From contig CM069159.1 of NCBI GenBank assembly GCA_035221665.1, positions 26,164,001 to 26,228,000 on the forward strand: a stretch of 64,000 bases of DNA, read 5' to 3'. How positions within the stretch are numbered: the first letter of the stretch is position 1; every line of letters starts with the position of its first letter. The stretch comes from Okamejei kenojei. Taxonomy: Eukaryota. The notes below the pieces were generated by a model, which worked only from the letters and a program-made list of their open reading frames with translations, was not told the DNA's origin and searched no databases. The position numbers and the translations under genes were made by a program. Positions 25,190-38,568 of the stretch are shown here, one piece after another.

Positions 25190-27437
25190 GTAAGTGTTCT
25201 CACAACTCTACATGTGTGAAGACATCTGGTATATATGTTCAGGTTAAAATGGGTTTACAAAATGAGAGGGGATAGCCGCACCATTTGTTTTTTGTAAGAG
25301 AGCGAACTGAACTTCAGTAATGAAGTGGCACTCAGTAATTCGACCACAGGCACAAATTCTGGCACATATATTTGGTGTGTGGCTGAGTGCCAGCTCTGGC
25401 TCTTTTTTTCTGAGACACAAGTTGGGCATTCATGTCTCTCTCAGGTGTGTCTCCCATCCAAGGAGATTTCCACACATTGATATCTCTGCTATAACCTGAT
25501 AATGACTAGATAATTTATTTATCATCAATGTTGTCAGGACACTGGACATACTAAACACCAACATGGGCTGATGTTCCTTTGCAGCCATGAAGGAGCATGT
25601 TTTATAGTATTATGGTACTGTTTCTCAGATGATACATTGAGCTAAGGCCTGCATTTATTAATTATTCGTCTTGCGTAAGACAACTTGTTCTGTTTGATCT
25701 TCTGTGCACGCCAGGTTGATTGCATTAGTCAAAACAGGGTGGACCACGTGAAGGTTGCAATCTCCCACCCCCATTTATTAATTGAACCATCAAGAGCCAA
25801 TGGCATCCTTTTGAGGAAGAATAGAGGATGCTGTCTCCAGTGTCCTGGTCACTATTTATTCCAAAGACAACGTAATTGATAAATAAATTATCTAGGCATT
25901 ATCATGTTATTGCAATGGGAGATCAGTAAGTGTAAATTCAAAAGTACCTCTTGGCTAATAGATACTTCGAGCAACTTGGATTACATAAATTAAAGTTTTT
26001 TTTTTAAAGATGGGTTTCACTGATACCATGGAATCTTTACTGTCTAGGATCTCTGAATGATTTGAGAGTGGATTTTTGTTTGCAAGGAAATTTTGTTTGA
26101 GCTCCTTGCAGGATCTAGCCTATACACTTTGTGTTGCACTGAAGGACTGTTGCATTGTCATTGGTGCCTTTTTTTATCTGTGCAGGAGCATAAGCGTTTT
26201 TGTTTTAATTCAGCCTTGAAGGATACAAGATTTCACCTAAAACATAGCAACTCTTGTGTGGTCAACTATCATAAATTCTTATAATTAGTGTGATTGTGCC
26301 GGATTAGCAGGATTGTCACTGAACTGTAGGCAAATAAAATAATTTCACTGTACACAGGTACACATGACAATCACGTACCATTGTACATTTGAACCAGTGA
26401 TCACAGCATCCTTCACCTAGCCATTTGGACATTGAGATTATGAGGAGTTCTTACGCCCAACGCACTCTGTCAACTTAAGTCTTTTATCCATTGTGCTTTT
26501 GGAGCCATTACTGAATGCAGGATTTCACTGTAGTATTTCCTGGCTGTAATGTGAAGGTGGTGGAAAGTTGGAGGAGGGGGAGGAATGGTTTTGGATCACG
26601 TTTTTTAACCTGGAACCTGTTGTATTTAATTCATTTTGGGGGCCATGCGCATCACGGGCAAGGTCAACATTTGTTATCCATTCTGCATTGCTTTGGAGAA
26701 GATGGTTGTGAGCTGCATACATTAACCTTGCAATCATTTTCATGAATGCTAGAGGGAGGAGTTGTAATTTCAGTACAGTTTGTGGATGATATACACTGTA
26801 GTCACAGTGCACAGAGGGGGGGTGTAAATTACTGTTTAGTATGACTTGGAGGTAAGAGAGCAATCCATTGATACCCAGCTGACAAACTTCCAGAAATGTG
26901 GTTCAGAAACACACTTGTGAGGTCTTTGTCAATGGGAAACAATTTAGATATTCTCTGTCAAATGGACAACTCAAGAATTTCTTGTCAGTGCGAACACACT
27001 CAAGCGATACCATCTCAATGGGAACACGTTCCAGAGATGCCATCTCAATGGGAACACACTCCTTCACAGCCTATACATTACTTCCACTTCATCAGAAAGT
27101 GTCAACTAAACCCAAAGAGAAAAACTATGATCATCAGAAAAAAATGTTTATTATTCATATGCACAGTAGAAATAATCAATACATCTAACAAATATAGACA
27201 ATGAAGGGCTATGCCTAGCTTAATAGACTGCACAGGAAGCTTTCTCAATACACACCTGGTCACCTCATAGGCCCCAGCAATACTGACTTGCTTGGCAACC
27301 TAGCCTTAGATGATACAAAATCTAATAATGTGTGATAAGCTCTTCTAATTGAGCTGCTTTGATGTAGAATTCTGTTAAGAACATGAAAGAGTTGACTGTT
27401 CTGCATCAGCATTTAAGTAGTTTTATGATCTTTCTTG

Positions 27438-27529
27438 GGTACACAAAAGGCTGGAGAAACTCAGCGGGTGCAGCAGCATCTAAGGAGCGAAGGAGATAAG
27501 GCGACGTTTTGGGTCGAGACCCTTCTTCA
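27438..27529 (-). mobile_element. PLE pLTR insert with hammerhead-like core (27503-27530)
   Basis: The reverse complement is CTGAAGAAGGGTCTCGACCCAAAACGTC. Perfect 11-bp TSD gatctttcttg at 27427-27437 and 27530-27540. Confidence 0.8.
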
Positions 27530-27639
27530 GATCTTTCTTGTTACCCCACTGACTGATGTATGCTTGGTACATTATAAGCTCTGTTATATTATGCCATGTC
27601 TCTCCTGTGAATGTTTGATTCATTGATTGAATTGATTTG

Positions 27640-27825
27640 AGTTGAAATATACAGCATGGAAACAGGCCTTTTAGCTCACCAAGTCCACACTATCCATTGA
27701 TCACACATTCACATTAGTTCTATGTTATCCCTCTGCCTACCCACTAGGGCCAACTAACCTCCAAACCCGCACGTCTTTGGGATCTAGGAGGAAACTGGAG
27801 CTTCCAGAGGAAACCAAAGCAGATG
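27640..27825 (-). mobile_element. V-SINE (HE1-like) fragment
   Basis: gttctatgttatccc...caactaacctccaaacccgcacgtctttgggat.taggaggaaactggagc..ccagaggaaacc, the same family as 54185-54481. Confidence 0.7.
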
Positions 27826-28059
27826 CTAAACACTCTTTAAAATAAGTTTGTTCTTTAAGGAAACAATGAATTGCAGATGCTGGTTTACAAATCATGACAC
27901 AAAGTGCTGGAGTAACTCAGCATCTCAGGCAGCACTTCTGGAGAACATGGCTAGGTGAAGCTTCGGATTGGGATCTTTCTTCAATGTCACCCATGCCACA
28001 TGACTCGCTGAGTTACTACAGCTCTGTGTCTATCTTTGTTCTTGAGTTCACTTGGGTTC

Positions 28060-28325
28060 TCATGCTCTTTCTCAATCTCATTGTTCATGCCTCCTCTCTT
28101 TCTCAAAGGGATGGCTTTTCTTGTTCTCTTTTTTGTATGTGTTAGGGTTTACTCACTCTCTCATATTACCTCGTGCTTTCTTCCTTTTCTGTTTTTTCCT
28201 ACCTCACATTTTTTTCCCTCATATGTTCTCCCTTTTTTCTCATTCTTTTTCGTTCTTGTGTTTGCTTTTCCTTGCTCCTTTCTTCCCTTTTTATTATTCT
28301 CTCTTTCTCTTCATTTCACATATCA
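28060..28325. repeat. T/C-rich low-complexity tract
   Basis: Strongly pyrimidine-biased. It gives F/L/S-rich spurious ORFs. Confidence 0.75.
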
Positions 28326-31300
28326 CAGTCAACTGCCTTGATTATCATGATTTATTACTTGGGTACAATGTTTTCTGCTGTGGAGTGAAACCTATGCTCT
28401 GAGAATCTGCCGCAGCATCAGGCATGCACTGATGACAGTTTCATCCCACGTGACCACCCTTGTGGTTTCCCTACTGACTCAATTCTGGGCAACTCTCTGC
28501 CACAACTACGCGTTTCTGTAAAAGCTTTCCTGGAAAGTTCACTGACTTGACTGGAGTCTGTTTCCCTTTTCCTGTTGAAATTTACTTTCATCCTCCTCTG
28601 AAACTATTTGTGAACCCTGTTCTCTTTTCATCATTAACTGCACAAATTTTCCCTAATTTTTGCCCCTGGTACGTTCTCAGATCATTGGTTGGTGGTGGGA
28701 TGCAGGGATGAATGGGAAACGGCCTAGCAAGGACACATAAGTGTTCAGATAAGTGAGGGTGCAACTGTGTGACGTTGGTAGTTCTCTTGGCGAATGGGAG
28801 GCTTGAGTAATCCATGCTTCCTGCTGACAGTTTTAATTGCTTGTTGTGTATTTTTGTAAATTGGTTGTTTCCTGCCAATTGTACGGCACTGGCTAAAATG
28901 TGTAGAGGAAGTGTGTTCATCGTTGATGAGCTGAGAGGAGGCCTGCATAGAGAAAGCCAGCATGAAGCTCAGTCCGTCAAAGGAAGGCCTTTGTTGCAAA
29001 GTCTCTAGGCTACATGCTGTACCACTAGTTGCTTTTTATCCTAGCTATTTCTGCATTTCTTAAATTAGTAGAAATCCTACGTAGGGAATCCTAATCCTTC
29101 AGTCTGAAGACTGGTCCCGATCCGAACTACTGTCTGTCCATTTCCCTCCACAGATGCTGCCTGACTCGCTGAGTTCCTCCTGCTCTTTGTTTTTTTGTTC
29201 AGGTTTCCAGCACCTGCAGTCTTGTGACTCCTGGGGAGGAAGCTGTTCACTTGATAATTTTATTAATTAAATCTGCAAACACCCCACCTACCCTACTTTT
29301 TGATGCGATTGTAAGAAATCAGAGAAATAGGTCAAACTCTGCCTGGAGCTTGCTCTGCCAATCAATAAGGTCTACTGCAAAAAGTAAACAGCTGGTGAAC
29401 TCGGCAGGTCAGGCAGCATCTGTGCAGGCAGAGGGATGTTTGACATTTTGGGCTGAAACCCTGCATCAGGACTCCACAGTTTGGTGAGAGGTGGGATGCA
29501 AGGATGTCCTTTTGCTTCATGTTCGAGCACCTGCAGTCTTATGCATCCAATGATTTTGGACTGTTGACTTCAAGTGCATCTCTTGCGCCGACCCCATACC
29601 CTTGGTTTCCAGCAGTTTAAAAATCTACCTCACCCATGAATGATAATAACTCAGCATTCAATTTTCTAAGGCTGAGGATTCCAAAGATTCTCAACCTGTT
29701 GAAATAATTTTATCCCATGCCCCCTCTCCAGATTCTAGATTCCCTCATCAGGGAAAATATTCTTACAACTTTTGACTTACCAAGCCCCCTTAAAATGTGT
29801 GTTTTAATAAGATCACCCCTCATCCTAAACCCCAGTGTATGGTAGCCTATCCACTTAATCTAGCAATGTCCATAGTGCCATACACACTCCCAGCTATGGA
29901 GATTGAAGGTGCCATACACACTCCCAGCTATGGAGATTTAATCCTTTTCTGTAATTAGATAGTTTGTTACCTTGCAGTGACACACTGATTACAATTATTC
30001 TTGTTAAAGTATGCATAGCAATCAGTGGGAAAATAAGTGTATTTGTGTGGAAAGTGTAGTGTGATTGTAAAAGTTTAATAAAGAACTCGATCATGCTGAG
30101 CATACTCAGCTGCTCTCATGCCACCTCTCATCTGTCACCTCCAACCTTCATTTGATTAGAATTGGGTTCATATTTGGGGTGATAATGCAGTTTTCTGTGA
30201 AGCCAAAATGTCAAACAATTTTTCCAACTGATTATGTTTCAAACCTTCAATTTCTTTAGGGCATGTTCTAATTAAAACAGGCAGATTTCCATCCCTAAAG
30301 AACATTAGTAAATCTTATGGGTATTTTCAGCAACTCAGCACTTTTAGGGTCACCATTATAAATGCTAGCATTTTATTTCCAGATTTATTAAAATGGAATT
30401 AATTGTTCTCCAGCCTCTGGACTATACAACCATACCCTGATACTGATGAATGAAATACTGGCAAGAGTGTTGGCTCCTGGAAAGTCACTCCTCTGCGTGA
30501 ATCATCGCCTGCAGAGGGGCAAAGCAGCAACGTTTGAAGAGGGGAGGTGGGAGTTGGAGGGGAAGTATTGGAATGAGACTACCTCTTGTCATTTCAACCA
30601 TTTGCTTATCATCCTCGTAAACCTCTCTTCGTTCAACCTTTTTGTTTGTCAAAACGAGGGTCATTGTCTACGGCCTTGACAAGTCGTGAACACATCTCCT
30701 TCTGCATCAACTAGTGGCAGTGGACGGTGAGATTTGCTTTAGGAATGGAGTACAAAACTCTCCATTAAAAATGACTAAAATTAACATTAAAGAGGTTGAT
30801 TAAAAATGACCTCTTTAATGTTATCTGCTGAACAAAGTCTGTCCACATAAGTGCAGATATGTCACACATGTACAATAGCAGCAAATGTAATTGCCCATCA
30901 TTAGATCACTTCAGCTGGAGCAGCTGAGAGCTGTAAATCAATGCATGTCTCTGCTCAACGTGTGGTGTTTACTGCGCAAAATTCTCTGTGGCAGTTGTCA
31001 AAGGCCGAGAGAAGCTGAGTTTTGATGGCCTGATGTTAAAGTAAATTAGTAAGGAGGTGACAACGGATAAAATGCTGCAGTTTCAGCTTCGGAGCATTTG
31101 AAATATGCTAAAATGTTGGAGCAGCTGTAAATACAGGAAGTGTGTTTTCTCCTTGGCTCCATTGGACGCCTGTGGTCTAAACTGCAAATCTGGCACTAAC
31201 CCAACAGGTGGATTTGGACTCTGGGGCGGTCTCACCAAGGAAACCAGAGTGAAAACTTTTGCCAGATTATTATCAAAGCTTTTTTGTTCCAAAGTACTAA

Positions 31301-31499
31301 ATGAGTATAATTATACAAATTAATTCAAAACTGAATTGAGGAAAAATATGTATAGTAGTTAAAGCGTGGACCAGATTCTTAATTGAGGTAATTAGTATAG
31401 AGGGCATTTAAAATAAAGGAAATGTGTTTCTGTGCTGCAAAATTCCTCATGCAGAAATTTGTTCTTGGCTTTTATGTGGATTTGAGTAATTAACCGTGC

Positions 31500-32290
31500 T
31501 GATCTTTAAGCAGACCTAATCCCTCCCCAGCCATCGCTTCACTCTTAATATACCTGTTGAATCTCTTGTGATTTTCATTTATCTTGCCCACTAGATCCAT
31601 CTCTTGCCCACTTTTCCTCTCCTGATTTCCCTCTTAAGTGTATACTGGTCAAGGGATTTACTTGATCCTGACTGGTTTATTCTGATGAATGCCTCATTTT
31701 TCTTGACTAGGGCCTCAGTATCTCTTTTCTACCAGGGTTCACTAAACAGTCTGGGTGTCCCAGTTAATATTAGAGAAGCTAAAATCTCCCACTAATACTA
31801 TCCTATTATTCTTGCATCTATCTGCGACCTCCCTATATATCTGCTCTTCTAATTCCCGCTGACAGATAGAGTTTTTTGAAGAAGGGTCTTGACCCGAAAC
31901 GTGGCCTATTCCTTTGCTCCATAGATGCTGCCTCACCCATTGAGTTACTCCAGCTTTTTTGTCTGACTTGGAGTTTTCTGAAAAGGTCACCAAGAGGATT
32001 CATGAGGGCAGGGCCATGGCCATTGTCTACATGGACTTCAACAAGGTCAAGAATCTGAATTCCTGCCCGCTGCAACATCTCCTTAGCCATGTATTCATCT
32101 TGCCTGTGCCTCTGTTTCTACCCCAACTAGCATGACACCAGTACTAATTCAGAGGTTACTACCCTTGAGGTTCTTGCGTTTTAACTTATTTCCTAACTCC
32201 CTATATTCTCTCGCAGGACCTCAAATATTTTCCATTGGCATGATCTCCACAATGACTCTGGCTGCCCACCTTTCTTACAATCTGCTCAAA
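31500..32290 (-). mobile_element. CR1 remnant including an APE endonuclease motif, with a nested PLE pLTR (about 31877-31970)
   Basis: RELEEQIYREVADRCKNNRIVLVGDFSFSNINWD in ORF 31742-31993. Confidence 0.75.
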
Positions 32291-32359
32291 TGTAAAAGTA
32301 AAACATGAACCAGTATCACAACTCTGCTTTTTATGATAGCCATGAATAGAAATAAGTCT

Positions 32360-33510
32360 GACCTTAGGGAAGGGGACTAAATTGGAATAAGACACTTATC
32401 AGCATTATTAGTCAGGTAAATTGGGAGCGATTGGTGTTGGGGAAAGGCCACATCTGACAGGCAGTTGTCGTTTAATGGCCAGCTGATCAGATTTCAGGAC
32501 CGCCATGTTACAGTAAGGGTGAGGGATAACGATGGCAAAGTAAGGTAACTAAGAGGTTGTAAATTTAGTCCAAAAAAAGGAAGTATCCATAAGGTTTAAA
32601 CAAAATGAAATCATACAGGGCCCTTGAGGAATATAAAGCAAGCAAGAAAGAACTCAAGCAGGCAATTAGAAGGGCCATATGGGGCCAGCAAGTGGAGTTT
32701 GAGATTATGCTAGAGGATGTGTTGGGGCTCTTGAAGAACATTAAGCTGGAAGTATCCTCAGGGCCTAATGGGATCTATTCCCGGTTAATGAAAGAGGCAA
32801 GAGAGGAGATTGCAAGGGCCTCGATGAAAATCTTTGCACCATCCATAGCAACAGGCGAGGTCTCGGAGGACTCGAAAGTAGCTAATGTTGTATAGCAAGG
32901 GAGGTAGAGATAATTCAGGACATTATAGACGGGTGAACGTCACAAGAGTGGTGGGGAAACCTTTGGAGAGGATTCTCCGAGATAATATTTACTTCCATTT
33001 AGAATAGAATGGGTTAGTGAGGGACATTCAGCATGGCAGGCCATGTCTTACAAACTAGATTGAGTTTTTTGAGGTGGGGACAAAGGTGGCCGATGAGGTT
33101 AGGGCAGTGGATGTTGTCCACACAGATTTTAGTAACGCATTTGATAAAGTCCCTCATTATAGGCTGATCCAGAAAATTAAGATGCACGGATCCACAGTGA
33201 TTTGGGCATTTGGATTCAGAGGTCTGCAAGGATCTGTGCTGGGATCCTGGGATCTCTGTTGTTTCTGATACATATAAATGACTTGTTGATTTAGATGGTT
33301 GGTTAGTAAATTTGCAGACGACTCCAATTGATGGAGTTGCAGACAGTGAGGATGGCTGTCAAAGTTTACAGCGCAATATACAGTAGATCAGCTACAGAAA
33401 TGGGCGGAGAAACGGCAGGTGGAGTTTATTCCGAGCAAGTGAGGTGTTACACATTGGGAGATCGAATGGTGGAGAGAGTATATAGTTAATGGCATGACCC
33501 AGGTCGATGA
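32360..33510 (+). mobile_element. CR1 ORF2 RT remnant
   Basis: SSGPNGIYSRLMKEAREEIA...GEVSEDSKVANVV, RAVDVVHTDFSNAFDKVPHYRLIQKIKMHG, and SKFADD at about 33306. Confidence 0.88.
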
Positions 33511-34029
33511 TACATTCCAATAAAACATTCATCTTGGGTCATATTGCTCCAGTGCAGTGCGTTATCCAGGGCAGAGTGATTTGCTTATATTACCACATAC
33601 GTCATGAGCTTTTAATTGATGGCAATATACGAGTCTTTTCTTCTGCTTATCAGCAAATGTCTCCAGGTTTGGTTGACTTGGATCCAAACAGAATATTTCC
33701 CAGGGCTGGGATTAGGTCTAGGTCGGCTATGATTGGGTTAGGTTCTATGAATTTTTAGATTTGGATTGTATTTCAACAGGACCCTGTGGAATTATGTACA
33801 CAAACCTCCAGCCAGAATAAACCCTTCCACCACAACCATCTGTCTTATATGAGTAAACTAATTCTGAATCTAAAACAGCCAAATTATTGTGGATCCCATG
33901 CATCTTAATCTTAGTTGAACCAATGTAGGCCAGTGTCCTGTTGGACTCTTGCAAATATTGCAATGTTTTTTGAAGAAGTGTTTGACATTCTGAATTAATT
34001 TAACACTTTTTCCCAGTAATAATATCATA

Positions 34030-34330
34030 GAGAGATGGAGCATAGAAACAGGCTCTTGAGTCCACCATCAACCCATTACACTAATCTAACATTAATCCTA
34101 TTCTTCCTACATTCTATCAATTCCTTATAGTTTCTGCAACTCACCTACTACTATGGTAATTTGGAGTGGCCACTTGACCGACTGAACTGCATATCTTTGG
34201 GATGTGGAGGAAACCCCCGTGATCATGGGGAGATTGTTTAATTTCCACACAGACAGCATCCAATATCAGGATTGAACCCAGCTCGCTGGTGCAGTGAGGC
34301 AGGGGCTCTACTTGGTGCGCACTATGCTGG
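34030..34330 (-). mobile_element. V-SINE (HE1-like)
   Basis: tctttgggatgtggaggaaacc...ccacacagacagc...caggattgaacccag.tcgctggtgcagtgaggcag; the tRNA-like head is in reverse. Confidence 0.7.
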
Positions 34331-36417
34331 ACATTGCGTAGGGCCCTATGCATTGTAATTGAACCAGAGGTGTCTAAACTTTGCAAGAAAATCCGGTTCT
34401 GTGTGGTTGTAAATGGGCAAGGCAGGCTCACGTGTTCCTGCAGATGGATTTATCAATTATCAACTGGCATTTCCATCGTAATCCAGAGTTGTGAGCATCA
34501 AACTGTTAAGATAATGCGAGGTACAAATTTGAATAAATGCTGCACTGTCCGAGAGATTATGTTTTATGGATGAGACCATAAGCATCGACTGTGTCGTCAG
34601 GTGGATGTCGGACCCGAAGTTACTATTTTGAAGAAAAGTGCTGGAATCTCCAGAATGTTGGCCAGTTATTATGCACACTCATCATTACTTAGAAAACAGT
34701 AATGTTTTCCCGATGGCAATGGACTTGAATTGGCTATCTGCTTACACATTACATGTTGAGTGCCATAACCAAGCATTACTTGTACACCACATGAATTGTT
34801 TGTTGTAACATTTGCTTTTCACACATTGGCTGCCCTGTTTCCTATGTTTCAATAATGCCTATATTTCTAAAGAACTGCATTAGATGAAAACACATTGGTA
34901 AGATCTGAAAGGCATCACAGAAACGAAAGCTTTGCGTTTCTTCCACATTCATGCGTCAAAGCAATTAATAGCAGTATTTTGCGGTTCCTGTTTTCCACTG
35001 CTCAGGCTGTGGCATTAAACATGTCACATGCATCTCGATCCAAGATATCAGCTGATTCCCTGTGTGAGTCAGCAGTAGGTGGAGTCCAGTTAAAATTAGC
35101 TGTGAGATAGTTGGGAGCAGAGACTGTGACTCAGTAACCTGTTTGACATTCCACCACCACCTCTTTTAATTAAACCAATATGCATTATGTCTTAACTGTA
35201 TTATGGCCTTCAGCAAAATGTCAGGCATACCAATGTGGAGCACAATACAAACCAAGACAAAGGTGCGATTTACACAGATTTATATTTAAGCATACAGGAG
35301 CTATGAGGTTGAGCTGACAAGCCCCTGCAGCACAGGTAGGACATGTCCTGTGGCTGGGTTGTCCAGAGAAAAGATATAATGCCGTGATGTAAGAGGCACT
35401 AGTTCACGACAGAGATGAGAAGACGATTCTTGACACAGAATGTGGTGAATGCTTGACTTTCTTTGTCCACCAATGGAGCCTCAGTCAGTGGAGGCTCAGT
35501 CATTGAACACATTCAAGGCAGAAATGAATAGATATTTTTATTGTTCATTGCAAGGATGTGGGCTTCACAAGCTGAGTCAGTATTTAATTGCCCATCCTTA
35601 ATTGCCGTTGAGAAGATGGTGGTGAACTCCTTCTTGATCTGCCACAGTCCTGGAGGTGTGTGTATTCCCACAATGCTGTTATGGAGGGAGTTCCTAGATT
35701 TTGACATGGCGATAGTGAAACTTAAAAAATAATTCCAAGTCAGGACAGTGTGCCCACTGTCGACAACCTCCCGATGGTGGTGTCCACGTGCTGTTGCAGC
35801 ACAGACATAGTGGGCCGAAGAGCCTGTTCCTGTGCTGTACTTCTCTATGTTCTTCTGACCTGATGATTGAAGGAAGGTAATTCATTGATGAAGCAGCTGA
35901 AGATGGTTGGGCCTAGGACAACTGAGGAATCCTGCAGAGATGTCCTGTGGCTGCCTTGATATATATCCAACCACCACAACCATTTTTGTTTGTTCTTGGT
36001 AATATTCCAACCGGCGAAGGGTTTTCTGAATTTTTTGGATGTGAAGGAAATCAGGGATATACAGTTAGTGCAAAAATGTGGTGCAGAGGAAAAGATTAAT
36101 ATGATTTTATTAAATGTCAGAGCAGTCAATTGGGGCTAGCTGCTTCTTATTGATGACATGTATCTGGTGGCAACTTCCGTCCTCCTACCTACAAAGATAT
36201 GTTATTTGGTTATGGTTTGAAGAAGTTCACGAAATTCACGTTGAATCTTTCTCCTCTCACTTTAAACCTCACACTGCTTGGATTAAACTCCATCTCATAT
36301 TTCTCTGCTTATTTCTATAGTTGATCATTATCCAAATCCCACTGTATATTTTAAAAATCTTCCTCACTGTCCACAACTCCAGCTATTTTGGCGTCATATG
36401 CAAAATTACTAACCAAC

Positions 36418-36421
<4 letters not shown>

Positions 36422-36484
<63 letters not shown>

Positions 36485-36485
36485 T
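36422..36485. repeat. (AT)n microsatellite
   Basis: About 30 AT units with one interruption. Confidence 0.97.
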
Positions 36486-38434
36486 ATCAAAGCCCAATAC
36501 ACAGTGTAAAAATGTGAGGATATTGGAGCCTGCAAAAATTTGTTGTATTACAGGTAGTCTTGTATTTCAATGTGCACACAGTACTACTTCACACATTTGG
36601 CATACACGGCCGACAATTTTCACCTGATATTTTTGAAAATTCATAGTTTTGCTTTATTTTAGAAATCATGATCTCTTTTGTATTGCCAGGAATTAAAGTT
36701 TTAAGGCCTGTTGACCCCAGTCAGAGAAACAAAGGAAATAAAATCCTCTGCCATTTCAATATATTGATTTTGTTCACGTGCCAATCCTCAAATCTGAAGG
36801 GAAGAGCGATGCTGAGATTTCCATCTGTTTGCTGACAATAGCAGGGGAAGAGAAGTAGGCAAGGCGCACACTGAAGGCCCATGATATATAGATCAGCACT
36901 TAAATACACCAAGGTCTGCAAACAGATTAACTTTGACCCTTTTGAAACAACTTTGGAACAAGCTGTTGTGTTACTTCACTTTAGGAAAGTGATGCACTGA
37001 GACAATATATTTCACTCTGCAGTTGCGGATTTTTGTATTTGTAAAAATTAACACTTGTTTATATGTTTCAAAGGATGGAGTGTTAAGCTGTAATGTGCTT
37101 CAAAACAATGTTTGTTTACAATGAGAGTCTGGAGTCAGAGCAGAGGAATAAACAGTGCCTACATAGAGGAGAAAGGGGCGTAGATAATACAGTATAGAGC
37201 AAAAGGGGAAAAGGGCGTTTTAATTTTCTTTTGTTTTCCTTCATTTTCGGAAACTTCGTGCTGTAGACGCTTTCTGCTTCACTGTGCAATTCAGTTGCAA
37301 ACGGAAGGCAACGTTGTTCAATCATAGAGTCATTCGGCATAGAAACAAGCCCTGAGTAGCACCCACTTTATTGTCATCTGCAAACTTACTAATCATACCT
37401 TGCACATTCTCACATTCCAGACATCCCTTTACCTGCAAACAACTTGCTCCAATCAACCTTTGCAAATTCCTGTCCAATACCATCAAAGCCGGTCTTGCAC
37501 CAATTCAGAATTTTAACTTTTAGACCATCCCTGTCCTTATCTATAACTATTTAAAAGTTAATAAAATTGTAATTGCTGGTCGCAAAATGCTTACCCACAG
37601 ACACTTCAGTCACATGCTCTTCCCAATTTTCTAAAAGTAGATCAAGATTTGCCCTCATCCTAGTTGTGTCAATTACATATTGCCTGAGGAAAATTTCCTG
37701 AACACATTTGACAAATTCCACCCTGTCTGAGCCCTTGGCACTATGGCAGTCTCAATCTCTATCTGAAAAGTTAAAGTCCCCTACTGACAACTCTCTTATT
37801 CTTACAGCTGCCTACAATCTCCCAATACATTTGATTTTTTTCATTCCCATTGACTATTTGGGGGTTTGTAGGACGCTCCCAACATGGTGATCGTCCACTT
37901 TTTATTTCTCAACTCCACCCACATAGCCTCACTGGATAAATCGTTGGTGAATATTCCCACTTTAGACTTCTGAAAGCTCTGGATGAAGTAGTTGAAAGTG
38001 TTTCGACCTGGGCCATTGCCCAGAGGAAGTAATTAATGTCCTAGATTGAGGTGATTCAGCACAGCAACAACAAACATCATTTCTGTGCTGGGGGGAATTC
38101 CTCTCATTGGGATGTTTTCCTTTAGATTCCTTTCTCCTTGATCCCTGTATTTCAATTTTCCTGGAGTTCCTCAATGCCACCCTCAGCCAAATGTTACCCT
38201 GACATCAGTTGCAGCCACCTTCACCTCAACTCTGGAAATCAGCTCTTTGGACCCAGATCATAATGAAGACAAATGGTCCCAGCAAAAAGCCACTATTGAT
38301 GATCAGTTCTTGGTGAGTTAGACCACTCACTAGAACCGTCTTTGACACCCTCATTCTGTTGCTGACAATTCAGATTAAACCAAACCAAATTGGCTGAAAT
38401 GAATAATTTTGAATAGAGATACTTATGCAAGTTT

Positions 38435-38568
38435 TGTGTAGGAAGGAACTGGAGATGTTGGTTTTAACTGAAAATCGACCCAAAAATTTGGAGTAACTCA
38501 GCAGATCAGGCAACATCTTGGGAGAAAAGGAATAGGTGACATTTCAGGTCGAGACCCTTCTTCAGACC
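38435..38568 (-). mobile_element. PLE pLTR fragment with hammerhead-like core (38538-38565)
   Basis: The reverse complement is CTGAAGAAGGGTCTCGACCTGAAATGTCACC. Confidence 0.75.

Noticed and set aside
28036-28402. Hydrophobic membrane-protein-like ORFs (also 1172-1435 and 53052-53440)
   Set aside because: They are artefacts of pyrimidine-rich low-complexity DNA.
31500-33510. Possible twin-primed 5'-inverted CR1
   Set aside because: Both opposite-strand pieces include the same post-endonuclease region, so they are better explained as two independent copies.
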